In this document: in pieces, positions 1-8,440 of the stretch | How positions within the stretch are numbered: position 1 is the first letter of the stretch | Layout of the letters: each line of letters begins with the position of its first letter | Assembly (NCBI GenBank): GCA_037133055.1 | Contig: JBAXOY010000086.1 | Location: 1 to 13,695, forward strand | DNA from: Chlamydiota bacterium | GTDB taxonomy: Bacteria > Auribacterota > Tritonobacteria > UBA1439 | DNA: 13,695 nt | Direction: 5' to 3' | The notes under the pieces: model-generated | Told to the model about the DNA's origin: nothing | Database searches by the model: none | Seen by the model: only the letters and a program-made list of their open reading frames with translations | Made by a program: the position numbers and the translations under genes

Positions 1-283
1 ATGCATAGGTAGTCCCGAAAATCCTGAAAAATACGACCGTGATGCCGCCGGTGTATATGTCCACGCCATGAGGATATGCGGAATTCTGAATGTACTCGTG
101 AAGGGGGAGAAGACGTCCCCCCGTCAGAATATCTATCGCAAGATTGCCGCGGAACAACTCTTCCACATCATCTTGATAAATATATTGAGAAAGCAATAGC
201 ATCGCTATCCGCGTCAACACAAAGAAAAGCACGCAGATGCAGATAATCCAACGAGAAGAGGATAGGGTCATGCCAGTGCGCAT
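1..283 (-). CDS. Partial (runs off left edge) AT-rich membrane protein, probable GT-C fold (ArnT/PMT-like) glycosyltransferase
   Basis: Not in the ORF track; translated by hand from ATG at 283 (AAAAGGGAAAGG SD-like upstream): MRTGMTLSSSRWIICICVLFFVLTRIAMLLLSQYIYQDDVEELFRGNLAIDIL...GITVVFFRIFGTTYA, open to the edge. TM helix followed by an acidic DDVEE loop and an 'FRIFG' motif, as in GT-C N-termini. Line 181-240 is 26/60 GC. Confidence 0.75.
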   Translation of the reverse strand, partial: MRTGMTLSSSRWIICICVLFFVLTRIAMLLLSQYIYQDDVEELFRGNLAIDILTGGRLLPLHEYIQNSAYPHGVDIYTGGITVVFFRIFGTTYA

Positions 284-344
284 AATGACCTTTCCCTTTT
301 ACATAATTGTGAAATACGAGGCCCAGAGAGACGCACAAGACTAG

Positions 345-1463
345 TTATAGCTTGCAACATCGCGCGCAGCCGGGGAAGATCATCGTCTTCAGGGCCGACC
401 GGAAGCGGCGGTACCTCTCGTTGTTCCATATCTCGAGGAACGGCTGCTCGTTGACGTTCCCGAGGCGGTAGTAAAACGATTCGCAGGGGCAGACGTCGCC
501 GTTCGGGTAGATGAAGCCGCTGTTCCAGCAGAAGTAGCACTTGCGGCGGAGCCCGAACCTCTCCGCGTACCAGAGCGGGATCTCCTCCGCGGAGAGGCTC
601 GGGGTGAAATAGACGAACCGCGGATGGCGCTTCAGCATGGCGCCCGTGGCGCGGGTGAAACGCTCCTCCTTCCCCGAGAGCGCGCAGAGGAAGTTCACCT
701 CGCGTATCTCCTCCCCCGGGAAGACCCTGGCCATGAACTCCCGGCTTTGCTCGAGCTCGCGCGGGCTGATGAGGCACGGGTGGACGAGCCGCACGAAATC
801 CACCCCCCATCGTTTCCCGAGGGCGACGATCTCCTCGAGATGGTTGAGGTTGTCCTCGCTGACGGTCGAGCTCAGGAAGCAGGTGGTCTTCCCGCGCTTC
901 TTTAAAAAGTAGCGCAGGTGCCCTTCGAGCCGGGCAAAGGCCCCGGGCCTTCCCGTGATCCGGTCGTGGACCTCCGGGGGGCCGAGGACGGAGAAGGCGA
1001 GGAAGCGCACCTTCAGCCCGGGCGCCGTGAGCTCGTCGGCCCGGGGGGGGGTGAGGCTCAGGCCGTTGGTGAAGATGCCGCACTCGAGCCCGCGGCGGCT
1101 GGGGAGGCGGATGATGTCGATGATGTCGGCCCTGAGAAACGGCTCCCCCCCCGAGAGCATGACGAGGGGTCGCGCGGGGGCGAGTTCGTCGACGATCCGC
1201 TCGATGAGGGAGAGGGGCATGTCTCGGTCGCCGGCGTTCATCTTGTCCGCCAGCTTGCACATCGCGCAGGAGAGGTCGCACCGCATGGTCACCATCAGCG
1301 ACACGGAGAGGGGGGGGGAGGCCCTGCCCGCGCGAAACCGGTAGTCGAAGAAGAACCGCGCCGCGTGAAGGAGGAAGCGGACGGGGGGGAACGCCCGGCA
1401 GTAGACGATATTCCGCCACTGCTCCCTGGCCCGCTCAATATGGCGGCGAAGCGCGAGCATCAT
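345..1463 (-). CDS. Radical SAM protein with C-terminal twitch/SPASM-type domain (372 aa)
   Basis: CxxxCxxC (TMRCDLSCAMC), SGGEPFLR, FTNG; C-terminal Cx12Gx4C (CYFCWNSGFIYPNGDVCPC), LGNV..IWN and terminal CARCC. GGGAGG about 11 nt upstream of the ATG; alternative start at 1460. Confidence 0.93.
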   Translation of the reverse strand: MMLALRRHIERAREQWRNIVYCRAFPPVRFLLHAARFFFDYRFRAGRASPPLSVSLMVTMRCDLSCAMCKLADKMNAGDRDMPLSLIERIVDELAPARPLVMLSGGEPFLRADIIDIIRLPSRRGLECGIFTNGLSLTPPRADELTAPGLKVRFLAFSVLGPPEVHDRITGRPGAFARLEGHLRYFLKKRGKTTCFLSSTVSEDNLNHLEEIVALGKRWGVDFVRLVHPCLISPRELEQSREFMARVFPGEEIREVNFLCALSGKEERFTRATGAMLKRHPRFVYFTPSLSAEEIPLWYAERFGLRRKCYFCWNSGFIYPNGDVCPCESFYYRLGNVNEQPFLEIWNNERYRRFRSALKTMIFPGCARCCKL

Positions 1464-1511
1464 CGGACGTGCGGCCTCCCTTCGGCGCGCCCGCGGGCGC
1501 GTCCGGTGAGG

Positions 1512-1540
1512 ATTATCGCATACGCGGGCGGGGAGTTAAA
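1512..1540 (-). promoter_or_regulatory. Putative sigma70-type promoter for the leftward radical SAM unit
   Basis: Minus strand TTTAAC (1540-1535), 17 nt, GATAAT (1517-1512), with an extended TG (TGcGATAAT). Confidence 0.5.
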
Positions 1541-1541
1541 G

Positions 1542-1570
1542 TGGATACGCCATCCGGGGGGTGGTATACT
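1542..1570 (+). promoter_or_regulatory. Putative sigma70-type promoter (extended -10), near-leaderless, for 1580..2569
   Basis: TGGATA (1542-1547), 17 nt, TATACT (1565-1570), with TGg extension; ATG only 9 nt after the -10 and no SD sequence. Confidence 0.55.
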
Positions 1571-1579
1571 TGAAGCGCC

Positions 1580-2569
1580 ATGAAACGCCCCCGCGCCTTC
1601 CGCTCCTTTGCCCACGCGCTCATGCTCTTCAGGGATTACGCGATGAAGAGGCCCGTGTGCTCCCGGCCCCCCTTCCGGATGTGGCTCGACCTGAGCACGG
1701 CGTGCAACCTGCGCTGCCGCATCTGCCCGCAGAGCCTGCGGAAGCTCCCCCCCCGCCACATGGCGTTCGACCTCTTCGCGAAGATCATCGACGAGGTGCG
1801 GGACTATGTCTTCGACGTGAACCTCGCGGTGACCGGCGAGAGCCTCCTCAACCCGCGGCTCCCGGAGATGATCCGCTGCGCGAAGCGGCGCGGGGTGATC
1901 ACCCGGCTCCACACGAACGCGACCATGCTCACCGGGGAGCTCTCCCGGGAGATCATCGAGGCGGGGCTCAGCTTCATCTCCTTCTCCCTGGACGGCTTCG
2001 ACAAGGCGGGCTACGAGTCGGTGCGGACGGGCGCGACCTGGGAGGAGACGGTGCGCAACATCAGGGAATTTCTCGCGGTGAAGGATCGGCTCGGAAGCCG
2101 GACCCCGTACGCCGTGGTGAAGACGATCGTCAATCCCGACGACTACCGCCGCGACCGGGCCGCGGCATTCGAGGCCCTTTTCGAGGGCATGCCGGTCGAC
2201 CGGTTCAGGATCAACCCGATGCACAACTTCGGCGGGAAGATGACCGAGGTCCCCTTCTCCCGCGCCGCGCGGACCGTCTGCTATGTCGCCTGGTACGGCC
2301 TCACCGTCCTCGCGGACGGCGCGATCGTCCCCTGCTGCATGGACTTCTGGAACGACTACCCCCTCGGCGACGCGAACCACGAGCGGATCATCGACGCGTG
2401 GAACGGCGCGCGGATGGTCGCCCTTCGCCGCGCCCTCATCGGGGGCAGGGGGGACGAGGTCGCGCTGTGCCGCGGCTGTTATTTCACCTACGCCCAGAAG
2501 CGGCTCAGGAAGCAGCACCTGAAGGACGCCTTCGCCTTCCTCAAGGAATACCGCACGATCACGCGGTGA
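1580..2569 (+). CDS. Radical SAM protein with C-terminal twitch/SPASM-type domain (329 aa)
   Basis: CxxxCxxC (STACNLRCRIC), TGESLLNP, HTNATML, SFSLDG; C-terminal Cx12Gx4C (CYVAWYGLTVLADGAIVPCC) and CRGC. Confidence 0.93.
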   Translation: MKRPRAFRSFAHALMLFRDYAMKRPVCSRPPFRMWLDLSTACNLRCRICPQSLRKLPPRHMAFDLFAKIIDEVRDYVFDVNLAVTGESLLNPRLPEMIRCAKRRGVITRLHTNATMLTGELSREIIEAGLSFISFSLDGFDKAGYESVRTGATWEETVRNIREFLAVKDRLGSRTPYAVVKTIVNPDDYRRDRAAAFEALFEGMPVDRFRINPMHNFGGKMTEVPFSRAARTVCYVAWYGLTVLADGAIVPCCMDFWNDYPLGDANHERIIDAWNGARMVALRRALIGGRGDEVALCRGCYFTYAQKRLRKQHLKDAFAFLKEYRTITR

Positions 2570-2580
2570 GGCCCCCCGTT

Positions 2581-2621
2581 CGCAACCCGGCGCTTTCCCC
2601 CGGGGCGGGTTGTGCTATAAT
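2581..2621 (+). promoter_or_regulatory. Extended -10 promoter (TGcTATAAT, 2613-2621) overlapped by an inverted repeat
   Basis: Perfect TATAAT at 2616-2621 with TG at 2613-2614 in a GC-rich background, 39 nt before ATG 2661. Inverted repeat CGCAACCCG (2581-2589) / CGGGTTGTG (2606-2614). Confidence 0.6.
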
Positions 2622-2660
2622 TCCCACCGCACGCCTTTGCGGCGCGGTCGGGGGATACGC

Positions 2661-4718
2661 ATGACGCACACCATCCGGACGGCTCTCGCGCGGTCGCTCA
2701 CCCGGGGCGGCACTGCGCCGGTGATAGGCCTGTACGCCGCGTGCAGGCTCCTGCCGCTGCCCCCCGCGGCCGCGGCGGCGTGCCTCTTCCCGCTCGCCCT
2801 GCACCTGATATTCATCTCCCCGGGGATCCACTGGGCGCCCCTCTTTTCCCGGGAACGCGAGATGCCGCTTTCGGGCCTCATCGCGCGCGCCTTCGGGCTC
2901 AATCTCTGCGCGCTCGCGCTTTTGACGACCCTGATCAAGGCGGCGGGCCTCGCGGTCTCCGCGAAGAACCTTCTCCCCGCCATCCTCGCCTTCGCCCTCC
3001 TCGGAGAGTATCTCCGGGCCCGCAGCGGCGCATCGGTCTCGGTCAGGAACGACCTCGCCCCGCACTGGCCGGTCATGGCCGCCGCGGTCTGCGCCTGCCT
3101 CGCGCTCCTCGTCTGTTTCCGGCACTATTTCCTCGCCCCCCTCGACCGGTACTGGCTGCTGGACGACGGGGAGGGGATGCGGTCGGGCATGATCGTCGAC
3201 TGGAAGTTCCCCGAAAAACGGCTCGATCCTCCGCTCTTCGCCGGCGGAGCGAACGTGCGCGCGGCGGGCACCGGCCGCTTCGAGATCACCGGGAGCCCCG
3301 CGACGCTCGGCTACGACAACCGGTCGGCCGCCCCGCGGGAGGTAAACCTCATCTACTTCCTCCAGATGAAGCACCCGGCCCGGGTCTCCCTCTCCCTGAA
3401 CGGGACCGCAATCCGGGCATACGAGGTCACGAAGAGTTACCCTCTCAGCACCGACTATTTCACGGCGCGCCCGTGCAGGCAGTCGATCATGGAGTGGGTG
3501 ACGCTCGCGCCGGGGCGCAACGTGGTGGAGATCGGGCTCGCGCCGTTCCCCTCGGGAGGGAAGGCGGTGCTCGACGACTTCTCGGGCTGCGACAAGGTTT
3601 CCTTCGTGTCCGCCGTGAAGCCGCGCTACCAGCTCGTGCGCCTCGGGCCGATGTTCGACGCGATAGAGGCGCTCGATTTCGGCTCCAACCTCCGCCGGAA
3701 ACTGTTCACCTACACCCGGGACATCAGGCAGGGCGTCCCCGCCTACACCATCATCACCCCGCCCCTGGATTTTTTCATGGACTCGATGGCCTGCGCCCTG
3801 ATGGGGGACGACCTGGTCAACATCAAGCTCCTCTATCTCGGGAAGATCCTCTTCCTCTTCCTGTGCGCCTGGATGCTCCTCGTCGAGGGCCTCCCCGCCG
3901 TCTCGCGGCCCCTCGCCCTCCTCGCCGTCTTTGCCATTGCGGCCGAGACGATGGTCCTCGCGGGGTTCCGCTACGTGGAGACCGTGGACACCCTTCTCGC
4001 GATCACGTACCTGCTCTCCGCCTATTTCCTCTGGCGGGAGCGGTATGGTTGGTTCGTGCTCTTCGCGTCGTTCGCCTCTCTCACCCGGTTCCACGGCGCG
4101 CTCTTCCCGATGATCTTCCTCGTGGTCTTCGCGCTGAGCGGGCGCGTCCGGTGGTCCCGCGCCCTCAAATGCGCCGCCGCCCTCGGGGCCGTGCTCGCCG
4201 TCTACGCGGCCGTCGCCTTCATCATCGGCGCGGCGACGCACGTCCTGAATATATGGGCCCAGGACGTCATCTGGGGGCATCTGATGCGCTTCGAGGGAAA
4301 GATCATGGAGCCCTGCCGGACCCCGCTGCATCTCGGGACCTTTGTCTGGTGGATCCTGCTCGCCTCTTGTTTTTCACCGCTCTTTTTCCTCCTCAGGCGG
4401 GACGGCCTCGCCCGCGTCCTCTTCCGGTCCGCGGCGCCGTACTTCGCCCTGATGTGCGCCTCGTCCTACGTCAAGGTCTACTACCTGATCGTGCCGCTCT
4501 ACCCGTTCATCATCATCGCCGCGCGGAGCATCGCCGGCCGCGCAGCGTCGCGGCGGGGAGCGCGCCTGACGGCGTGCGCCCTCGTGCTCGCGGCGGGGGC
4601 GGTGGCGTTCATGGCGGTCGCCCCGCTCACCGACCCCGACTTCAACTCCGTCTTCCCGGGGCTCTACCACCGGCTGGTCTCCGCCGGCCTCCTTCCCCGC
4701 TACAAGGGGCTCTACTGA
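2661..4718 (+). CDS. Polytopic membrane protein, GT-C-like, with an inserted extracytoplasmic beta-rich domain (685 aa)
   Basis: ORF 2610..4718 trimmed to ATG 2661 (GGGGA SD, downstream of the promoter). N-terminal hydrophobic helices, then a soluble segment (VSLSLNG...VTLAPGRNVVEIG), then DAIE...TPPL and a TM bundle with LLSAYFLWRERYGWFVLFASFASLTR, typical of ArnT/PMT-like proteins. Confidence 0.75.
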   Translation: MTHTIRTALARSLTRGGTAPVIGLYAACRLLPLPPAAAAACLFPLALHLIFISPGIHWAPLFSREREMPLSGLIARAFGLNLCALALLTTLIKAAGLAVSAKNLLPAILAFALLGEYLRARSGASVSVRNDLAPHWPVMAAAVCACLALLVCFRHYFLAPLDRYWLLDDGEGMRSGMIVDWKFPEKRLDPPLFAGGANVRAAGTGRFEITGSPATLGYDNRSAAPREVNLIYFLQMKHPARVSLSLNGTAIRAYEVTKSYPLSTDYFTARPCRQSIMEWVTLAPGRNVVEIGLAPFPSGGKAVLDDFSGCDKVSFVSAVKPRYQLVRLGPMFDAIEALDFGSNLRRKLFTYTRDIRQGVPAYTIITPPLDFFMDSMACALMGDDLVNIKLLYLGKILFLFLCAWMLLVEGLPAVSRPLALLAVFAIAAETMVLAGFRYVETVDTLLAITYLLSAYFLWRERYGWFVLFASFASLTRFHGALFPMIFLVVFALSGRVRWSRALKCAAALGAVLAVYAAVAFIIGAATHVLNIWAQDVIWGHLMRFEGKIMEPCRTPLHLGTFVWWILLASCFSPLFFLLRRDGLARVLFRSAAPYFALMCASSYVKVYYLIVPLYPFIIIAARSIAGRAASRRGARLTACALVLAAGAVAFMAVAPLTDPDFNSVFPGLYHRLVSAGLLPRYKGLY

Positions 4719-5335
4719 TGCTGCTCAGGATCCTCGACGCGCTGCTGAACAGGTACCCGGCGCTTTTCAACCTGATGCGCACGCGCGTCTCGGGCGACTT
4801 CACCCCTCTCGCGGGCGAGCTCGCGGGGCGCCCGGGCTGGACGGTCCTCGATCTCGCCTGCGGGACGGCCTTCTACGCGCCGGCGCTCTGGGGCGATCGC
4901 GGCGTGCGCTATGTCGGCGTCGACCGCACCGCGCAGTACCTCGACGTCGCGATGAAGAACTACCCCCCGGGGCGCTTCGTCCTCGGGGATGCGTTCCGCC
5001 TCCCGTTCCGCGGCGGTTCGTTCGACCTCGCCGCCAGCATCGGGTTCCTGCACCATATCCCCGACGGGGGGATGGACGCGGTCCTTGCCGAGGCGCGCCG
5101 AGTCCTGAAGCCGGGCGGACTGTTCGTGGTCGCGGAGCCGGTGCTCTTCTTCCGCTTCCTGAGGTATTTCCTGGTGCCGCGGCGCGTGATGGTGCGGCTC
5201 GACCGCGGGCAGTATGTGCGCGAACCGGAAAGATTCCGGCCGCTTTTCGAGGGTGTGTTCGACCTCGAACGAGAATTCCCGTTCCGCAACGGCCCGCACG
5301 ACTGGTGGGCGATGGTCTGGAAGAAAGGGTCATAG
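4718..5335 (+). CDS. Class I SAM-dependent methyltransferase (Methyltransf_11-like, 205 aa)
   Basis: C-terminal part of track ORF 2741..5335; ATG overlaps the upstream stop (TGATG). Motifs VLDLACGT, YVGVD, GDAFRLPFRGGSFD, FLHHIP, RRVLKPGG. Confidence 0.92.
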   Translation: MLLRILDALLNRYPALFNLMRTRVSGDFTPLAGELAGRPGWTVLDLACGTAFYAPALWGDRGVRYVGVDRTAQYLDVAMKNYPPGRFVLGDAFRLPFRGGSFDLAASIGFLHHIPDGGMDAVLAEARRVLKPGGLFVVAEPVLFFRFLRYFLVPRRVMVRLDRGQYVREPERFRPLFEGVFDLEREFPFRNGPHDWWAMVWKKGS

Positions 5336-5344
5336 GGGGTTTCG

Positions 5345-6751
5345 ATGGGCGCGCAGGGGGGGGTGCTGCTGCTCAATCCGCCGGGGGACCGGATCTACAT
5401 CCGGGACTATTACTGCAGCAAGGTCTCCAAGGCGCACTACACCTACCAGCCGGTCGATCTCGTCGTGCTGAGCGGCATCATCGGCGCGAGCCGCCCGGTC
5501 CGGGTCATCGACGCGATCGTGGAGAAGCTTTCCGGGGAGGAGTGCATCGACCGGGTCCTCCAGGGAAACGAAGAAGCGATCGTCTTCCTCGCCGGCGCCG
5601 CCTCCCTCCGCAACGATTTCGGGTTCATGCGGAGGCTCAGGGAGCGCACCCGCGCCCGCCTGATCGGGAGCGGCGACCTCTTCATGGAATCGAGCGGGGC
5701 TATCCTCGCCGATGAGCGGTGGCTCGACGCGATCTGCCTCGATTTTACGAGCCCCGACATCCTGGCGTATCTCGACGCCCCCGACGCCGCTCGGCCGCTC
5801 GCCGCGATCGCCTGCCGGGCGGGCGGGGCGGTGATCGCCCCGCCGCGGGTGCGCGCGACCGGGCACTTCCAAATCCCGATACCCCGCCACGAGCTGTTCC
5901 CCAACGCGAAGTACACCTACCCGTTCGTGCGCCGCTCTCCCTTTGTAACCGTGCTCACCGATTACGGCTGCCCCCACCACTGCACCTTCTGCATCATGAG
6001 CCAGCTCGGCTACAAGGTGCGCGGCGTCCCCAATGTGATGGAGGAGCTCGACTATGTCGTGTCGCTCGGCATCAGGGAGGTCTACTTCTCCGACCAGACG
6101 TTCGGTGGGGGGAGAGAGCGGCTGCGCGCCCTCTGCAGGGAGATGCTCCGCAGGGACCTCCGCCTCGGGTGGGTCTGCTTCCTCCGCGTGGACCTCGCCG
6201 ACGGGGAGACCCTCTCCCTCATGAAGGAGGCCGGATGCCACACGATCATCTTCGGAGTGGAGAGCGGGAGCGACCGGGTGCTGCGCGAAAGCGGCAAGGG
6301 AATCACGACGGAGATGGTGCGGGAGGCGTTCTCCCTCTGCGCGCGGCAGGGGATCATGACGGTGGGGACCTTCATGCTCGGCCTCCCCGGCGACGACGCC
6401 CGCAGCATCCGCCAGACCATCGCCTTCGCGCGCCAGCTCAGGTGCGACTACGCCTCGTTCAACGTCCCCGTTCCCCGGATGCTCACGCCGCTCAGGCGAT
6501 GGGCGATCGAAAAGGAGATGATCACCTCGGGGCTCCAGGAAATGGACCAGTCGGGGACGACCGCCCTGATGCACACGCGCCACATCAGCCGCCGGAAGGT
6601 GATGCAGCTCAAAAGGGAGGCGATCTTCGGGTTTTACCTGAGGCCGAGCTACCTGCTGCACCGGTTCCTGACGATCGACTCTCTGTGGGATCTGAAGCGC
6701 CATGTCCTCGGGCTCTTCTCGCTGGTGAAGAACACCTTCTCGAGGGGGTGA
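5345..6751 (+). CDS. Radical SAM protein with B12-binding-like N-terminal domain (class B/BchE-like architecture, 468 aa)
   Basis: N-terminal LLLNPP...QPVDL; TDYGCPHHCTFC; YFSDQTF; RVD; MKEAGC..I.FGVESGS; FMLGLPGD. The usual GGPHPT-type motif is replaced by GSGDLF. Confidence 0.88.
   Translation: MGAQGGVLLLNPPGDRIYIRDYYCSKVSKAHYTYQPVDLVVLSGIIGASRPVRVIDAIVEKLSGEECIDRVLQGNEEAIVFLAGAASLRNDFGFMRRLRERTRARLIGSGDLFMESSGAILADERWLDAICLDFTSPDILAYLDAPDAARPLAAIACRAGGAVIAPPRVRATGHFQIPIPRHELFPNAKYTYPFVRRSPFVTVLTDYGCPHHCTFCIMSQLGYKVRGVPNVMEELDYVVSLGIREVYFSDQTFGGGRERLRALCREMLRRDLRLGWVCFLRVDLADGETLSLMKEAGCHTIIFGVESGSDRVLRESGKGITTEMVREAFSLCARQGIMTVGTFMLGLPGDDARSIRQTIAFARQLRCDYASFNVPVPRMLTPLRRWAIEKEMITSGLQEMDQSGTTALMHTRHISRRKVMQLKREAIFGFYLRPSYLLHRFLTIDSLWDLKRHVLGLFSLVKNTFSRG
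6710..6751 (+). repeat. 42-bp direct repeat, copy 1 (last 13 codons plus stop of the radical SAM gene)
   Basis: GGGCTCTTCTCGCTGGTGAAGAACACCTTCTCGAGGGGGTGA; 38/42 identical to 8441-8482. Confidence 0.95.
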
Positions 6752-8440
6752 GCGCGCCGACATGCATCGCGTTTACCGGCGATCAAACTGCGGAAGTCGG
6801 CTGCGAATGCACGCGCAGAATAGAAAAGGGCCAAATGAATAGAGTTGCGCCCGCTCTTAAAATCATCTCTGTGATATCGGCTATCGCCGTTATTGGAGCA
6901 GCGTATTTTTTCCTATTCTCATTGTATGTGCCTTTTAACATGGATGAATTTCTTTCATACCATGTCTTGGCCTGCTACTATTATCCGCTCAATAAGTTGA
7001 ATACATTTACCCAAGCATGCCGGTGTCACGACCTGGCGCCATTTGGAAATTATTACCTTCCGATCAGGTCTAATCTATATGTGGGAGGAAGTTTACTCTC
7101 CCTGGTGTACTATCCATTGTTTAAACTGTGGCCTTCGCCTTACTCTGCGCGATTGCTGGTTCTGATCTTTTTATTTCTTCAGGCTTTTATTCTTCATCGG
7201 ATTTTCAGAGTTAATCTGCTGCTCTCATTCATTCTTCTTCTTTTCTGCATGCCCTACGCTTTCCAGCACATGGTCGACACGGGCCCGATTATTTTTCACA
7301 CGATATCCATTTTTCTCGTCTATTACCTGATGCAAAGGTGGAAGCTCTCTCTTAAGGGCGATTCGCATGGCAGCTGGAACTATCCGGCGCTTATTGGAAT
7401 AGTTCTATTTCTGGGTATCTATTTAAAGCTGGCGTACTTCTTTATCCTGCCCAGTATTTTGATTTTACTGGGTTATTGCTTTTTTTGGGATGAGCCGGCA
7501 TTGGGATCGCTGCTTCGTTTAAAACGCGTGAAAATCGGAGGACACGTACTGCTGCTTATTGCCACATTGTGCGTGCCGAGTTTGATCCTTTTAAATTCAA
7601 GAGACAGGGATAACGACAGGTACTATTCCATAATCACCCGATCTGAAAAGATAGGGATCTCAGAACCAGGGGAATTACTCTCGCACTTTTGGGATTTATG
7701 CAGGTACCTGACGGATCCTTTTGAAAGCGCACAGCGTATATTTATATGCCCGGGCGCGAGGATGCCATTGGGCGGAATGCTATTGGCGGGGACTATTATA
7801 GCCTTGCTGATTTATGGCATAACACAGTGCCGCAAAAAAGGGATAGGATATGGCTTCATCATCGTCAACATACTTCTATTCTTTTTGGCGCTTGTATTAA
7901 TGGCAAAAACGAAAGAAGAAGTGTTAATGCACCATGTGGTCCTTTGCTTCCCCTTTATCATATTGGCCATTTTTTATATCTATTCCAGATTCAGGGCAGA
8001 TAGATTTGTTGTCTGGATGGTTGCCGTCTTCCTCATGGTGAATCTCAGCTTATACTGGCACCTCACCACATTCCGATCTCATAGGTACAGCCATCCGTCA
8101 AACGCGAGAGTAATCAACCTGATACACGAACGGTATTCAAATGAATATGTGATCGTTATTGTCGATTGGGGACTATATTTTATGCAAGCTCTCTACGGCG
8201 ATAAAAATCAATGTGTCATTTGGATAGAGCAATGGGATAGTCGTGAAAAGAATACAGGGATAAAGGAAGTCTTGCATACAACAAATAGAAAGGCTTTCTT
8301 TGTTGGATTTTGGGATTCGCAACAAAAGTGGAACATAATCAAACAGCGCTTTCCAGATCTGGTTCAGCTGAAAACAGATATTGATACAGGGGAATGGATA
8401 ATGTGGTATCAACCGTAATTGTCTCTATAGTAATTCGATT
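6752..8440. mobile_element. AT-rich single-gene insertion (islet/cassette) bounded by direct repeats; no mobility gene
   Basis: Sharp composition drop (lines 7141-7200 and 8221-8280 both 24/60 GC versus 43/60 at 6121-6180), confined to the interval between the two 42-bp repeats. Confidence 0.75.
6835..8418 (+). CDS. AT-rich polytopic membrane protein, probable GT-C fold glycosyltransferase (527 aa)
   Basis: C-terminal part of track ORF 5719..8418; ATG 6835 preceded by AAAAGGG (an in-frame GTG at 6748 overlapping the upstream stop is an alternative). TM1 then PFNMDEF (DE motif), YYPLFKLWPSPYSARL, LFLGIYLK, many TM helices, soluble C-terminal domain. Confidence 0.8.
   Translation: MNRVAPALKIISVISAIAVIGAAYFFLFSLYVPFNMDEFLSYHVLACYYYPLNKLNTFTQACRCHDLAPFGNYYLPIRSNLYVGGSLLSLVYYPLFKLWPSPYSARLLVLIFLFLQAFILHRIFRVNLLLSFILLLFCMPYAFQHMVDTGPIIFHTISIFLVYYLMQRWKLSLKGDSHGSWNYPALIGIVLFLGIYLKLAYFFILPSILILLGYCFFWDEPALGSLLRLKRVKIGGHVLLLIATLCVPSLILLNSRDRDNDRYYSIITRSEKIGISEPGELLSHFWDLCRYLTDPFESAQRIFICPGARMPLGGMLLAGTIIALLIYGITQCRKKGIGYGFIIVNILLFFLALVLMAKTKEEVLMHHVVLCFPFIILAIFYIYSRFRADRFVVWMVAVFLMVNLSLYWHLTTFRSHRYSHPSNARVINLIHERYSNEYVIVIVDWGLYFMQALYGDKNQCVIWIEQWDSREKNTGIKEVLHTTNRKAFFVGFWDSQQKWNIIKQRFPDLVQLKTDIDTGEWIMWYQP

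Noticed and set aside
345..2660. RiPP cluster (SPASM maturase plus precursor peptide)
   Set aside because: Only twitch-length Cys motifs; no RRE, peptidase, transporter or credible short precursor ORF in the small intergenic gaps.
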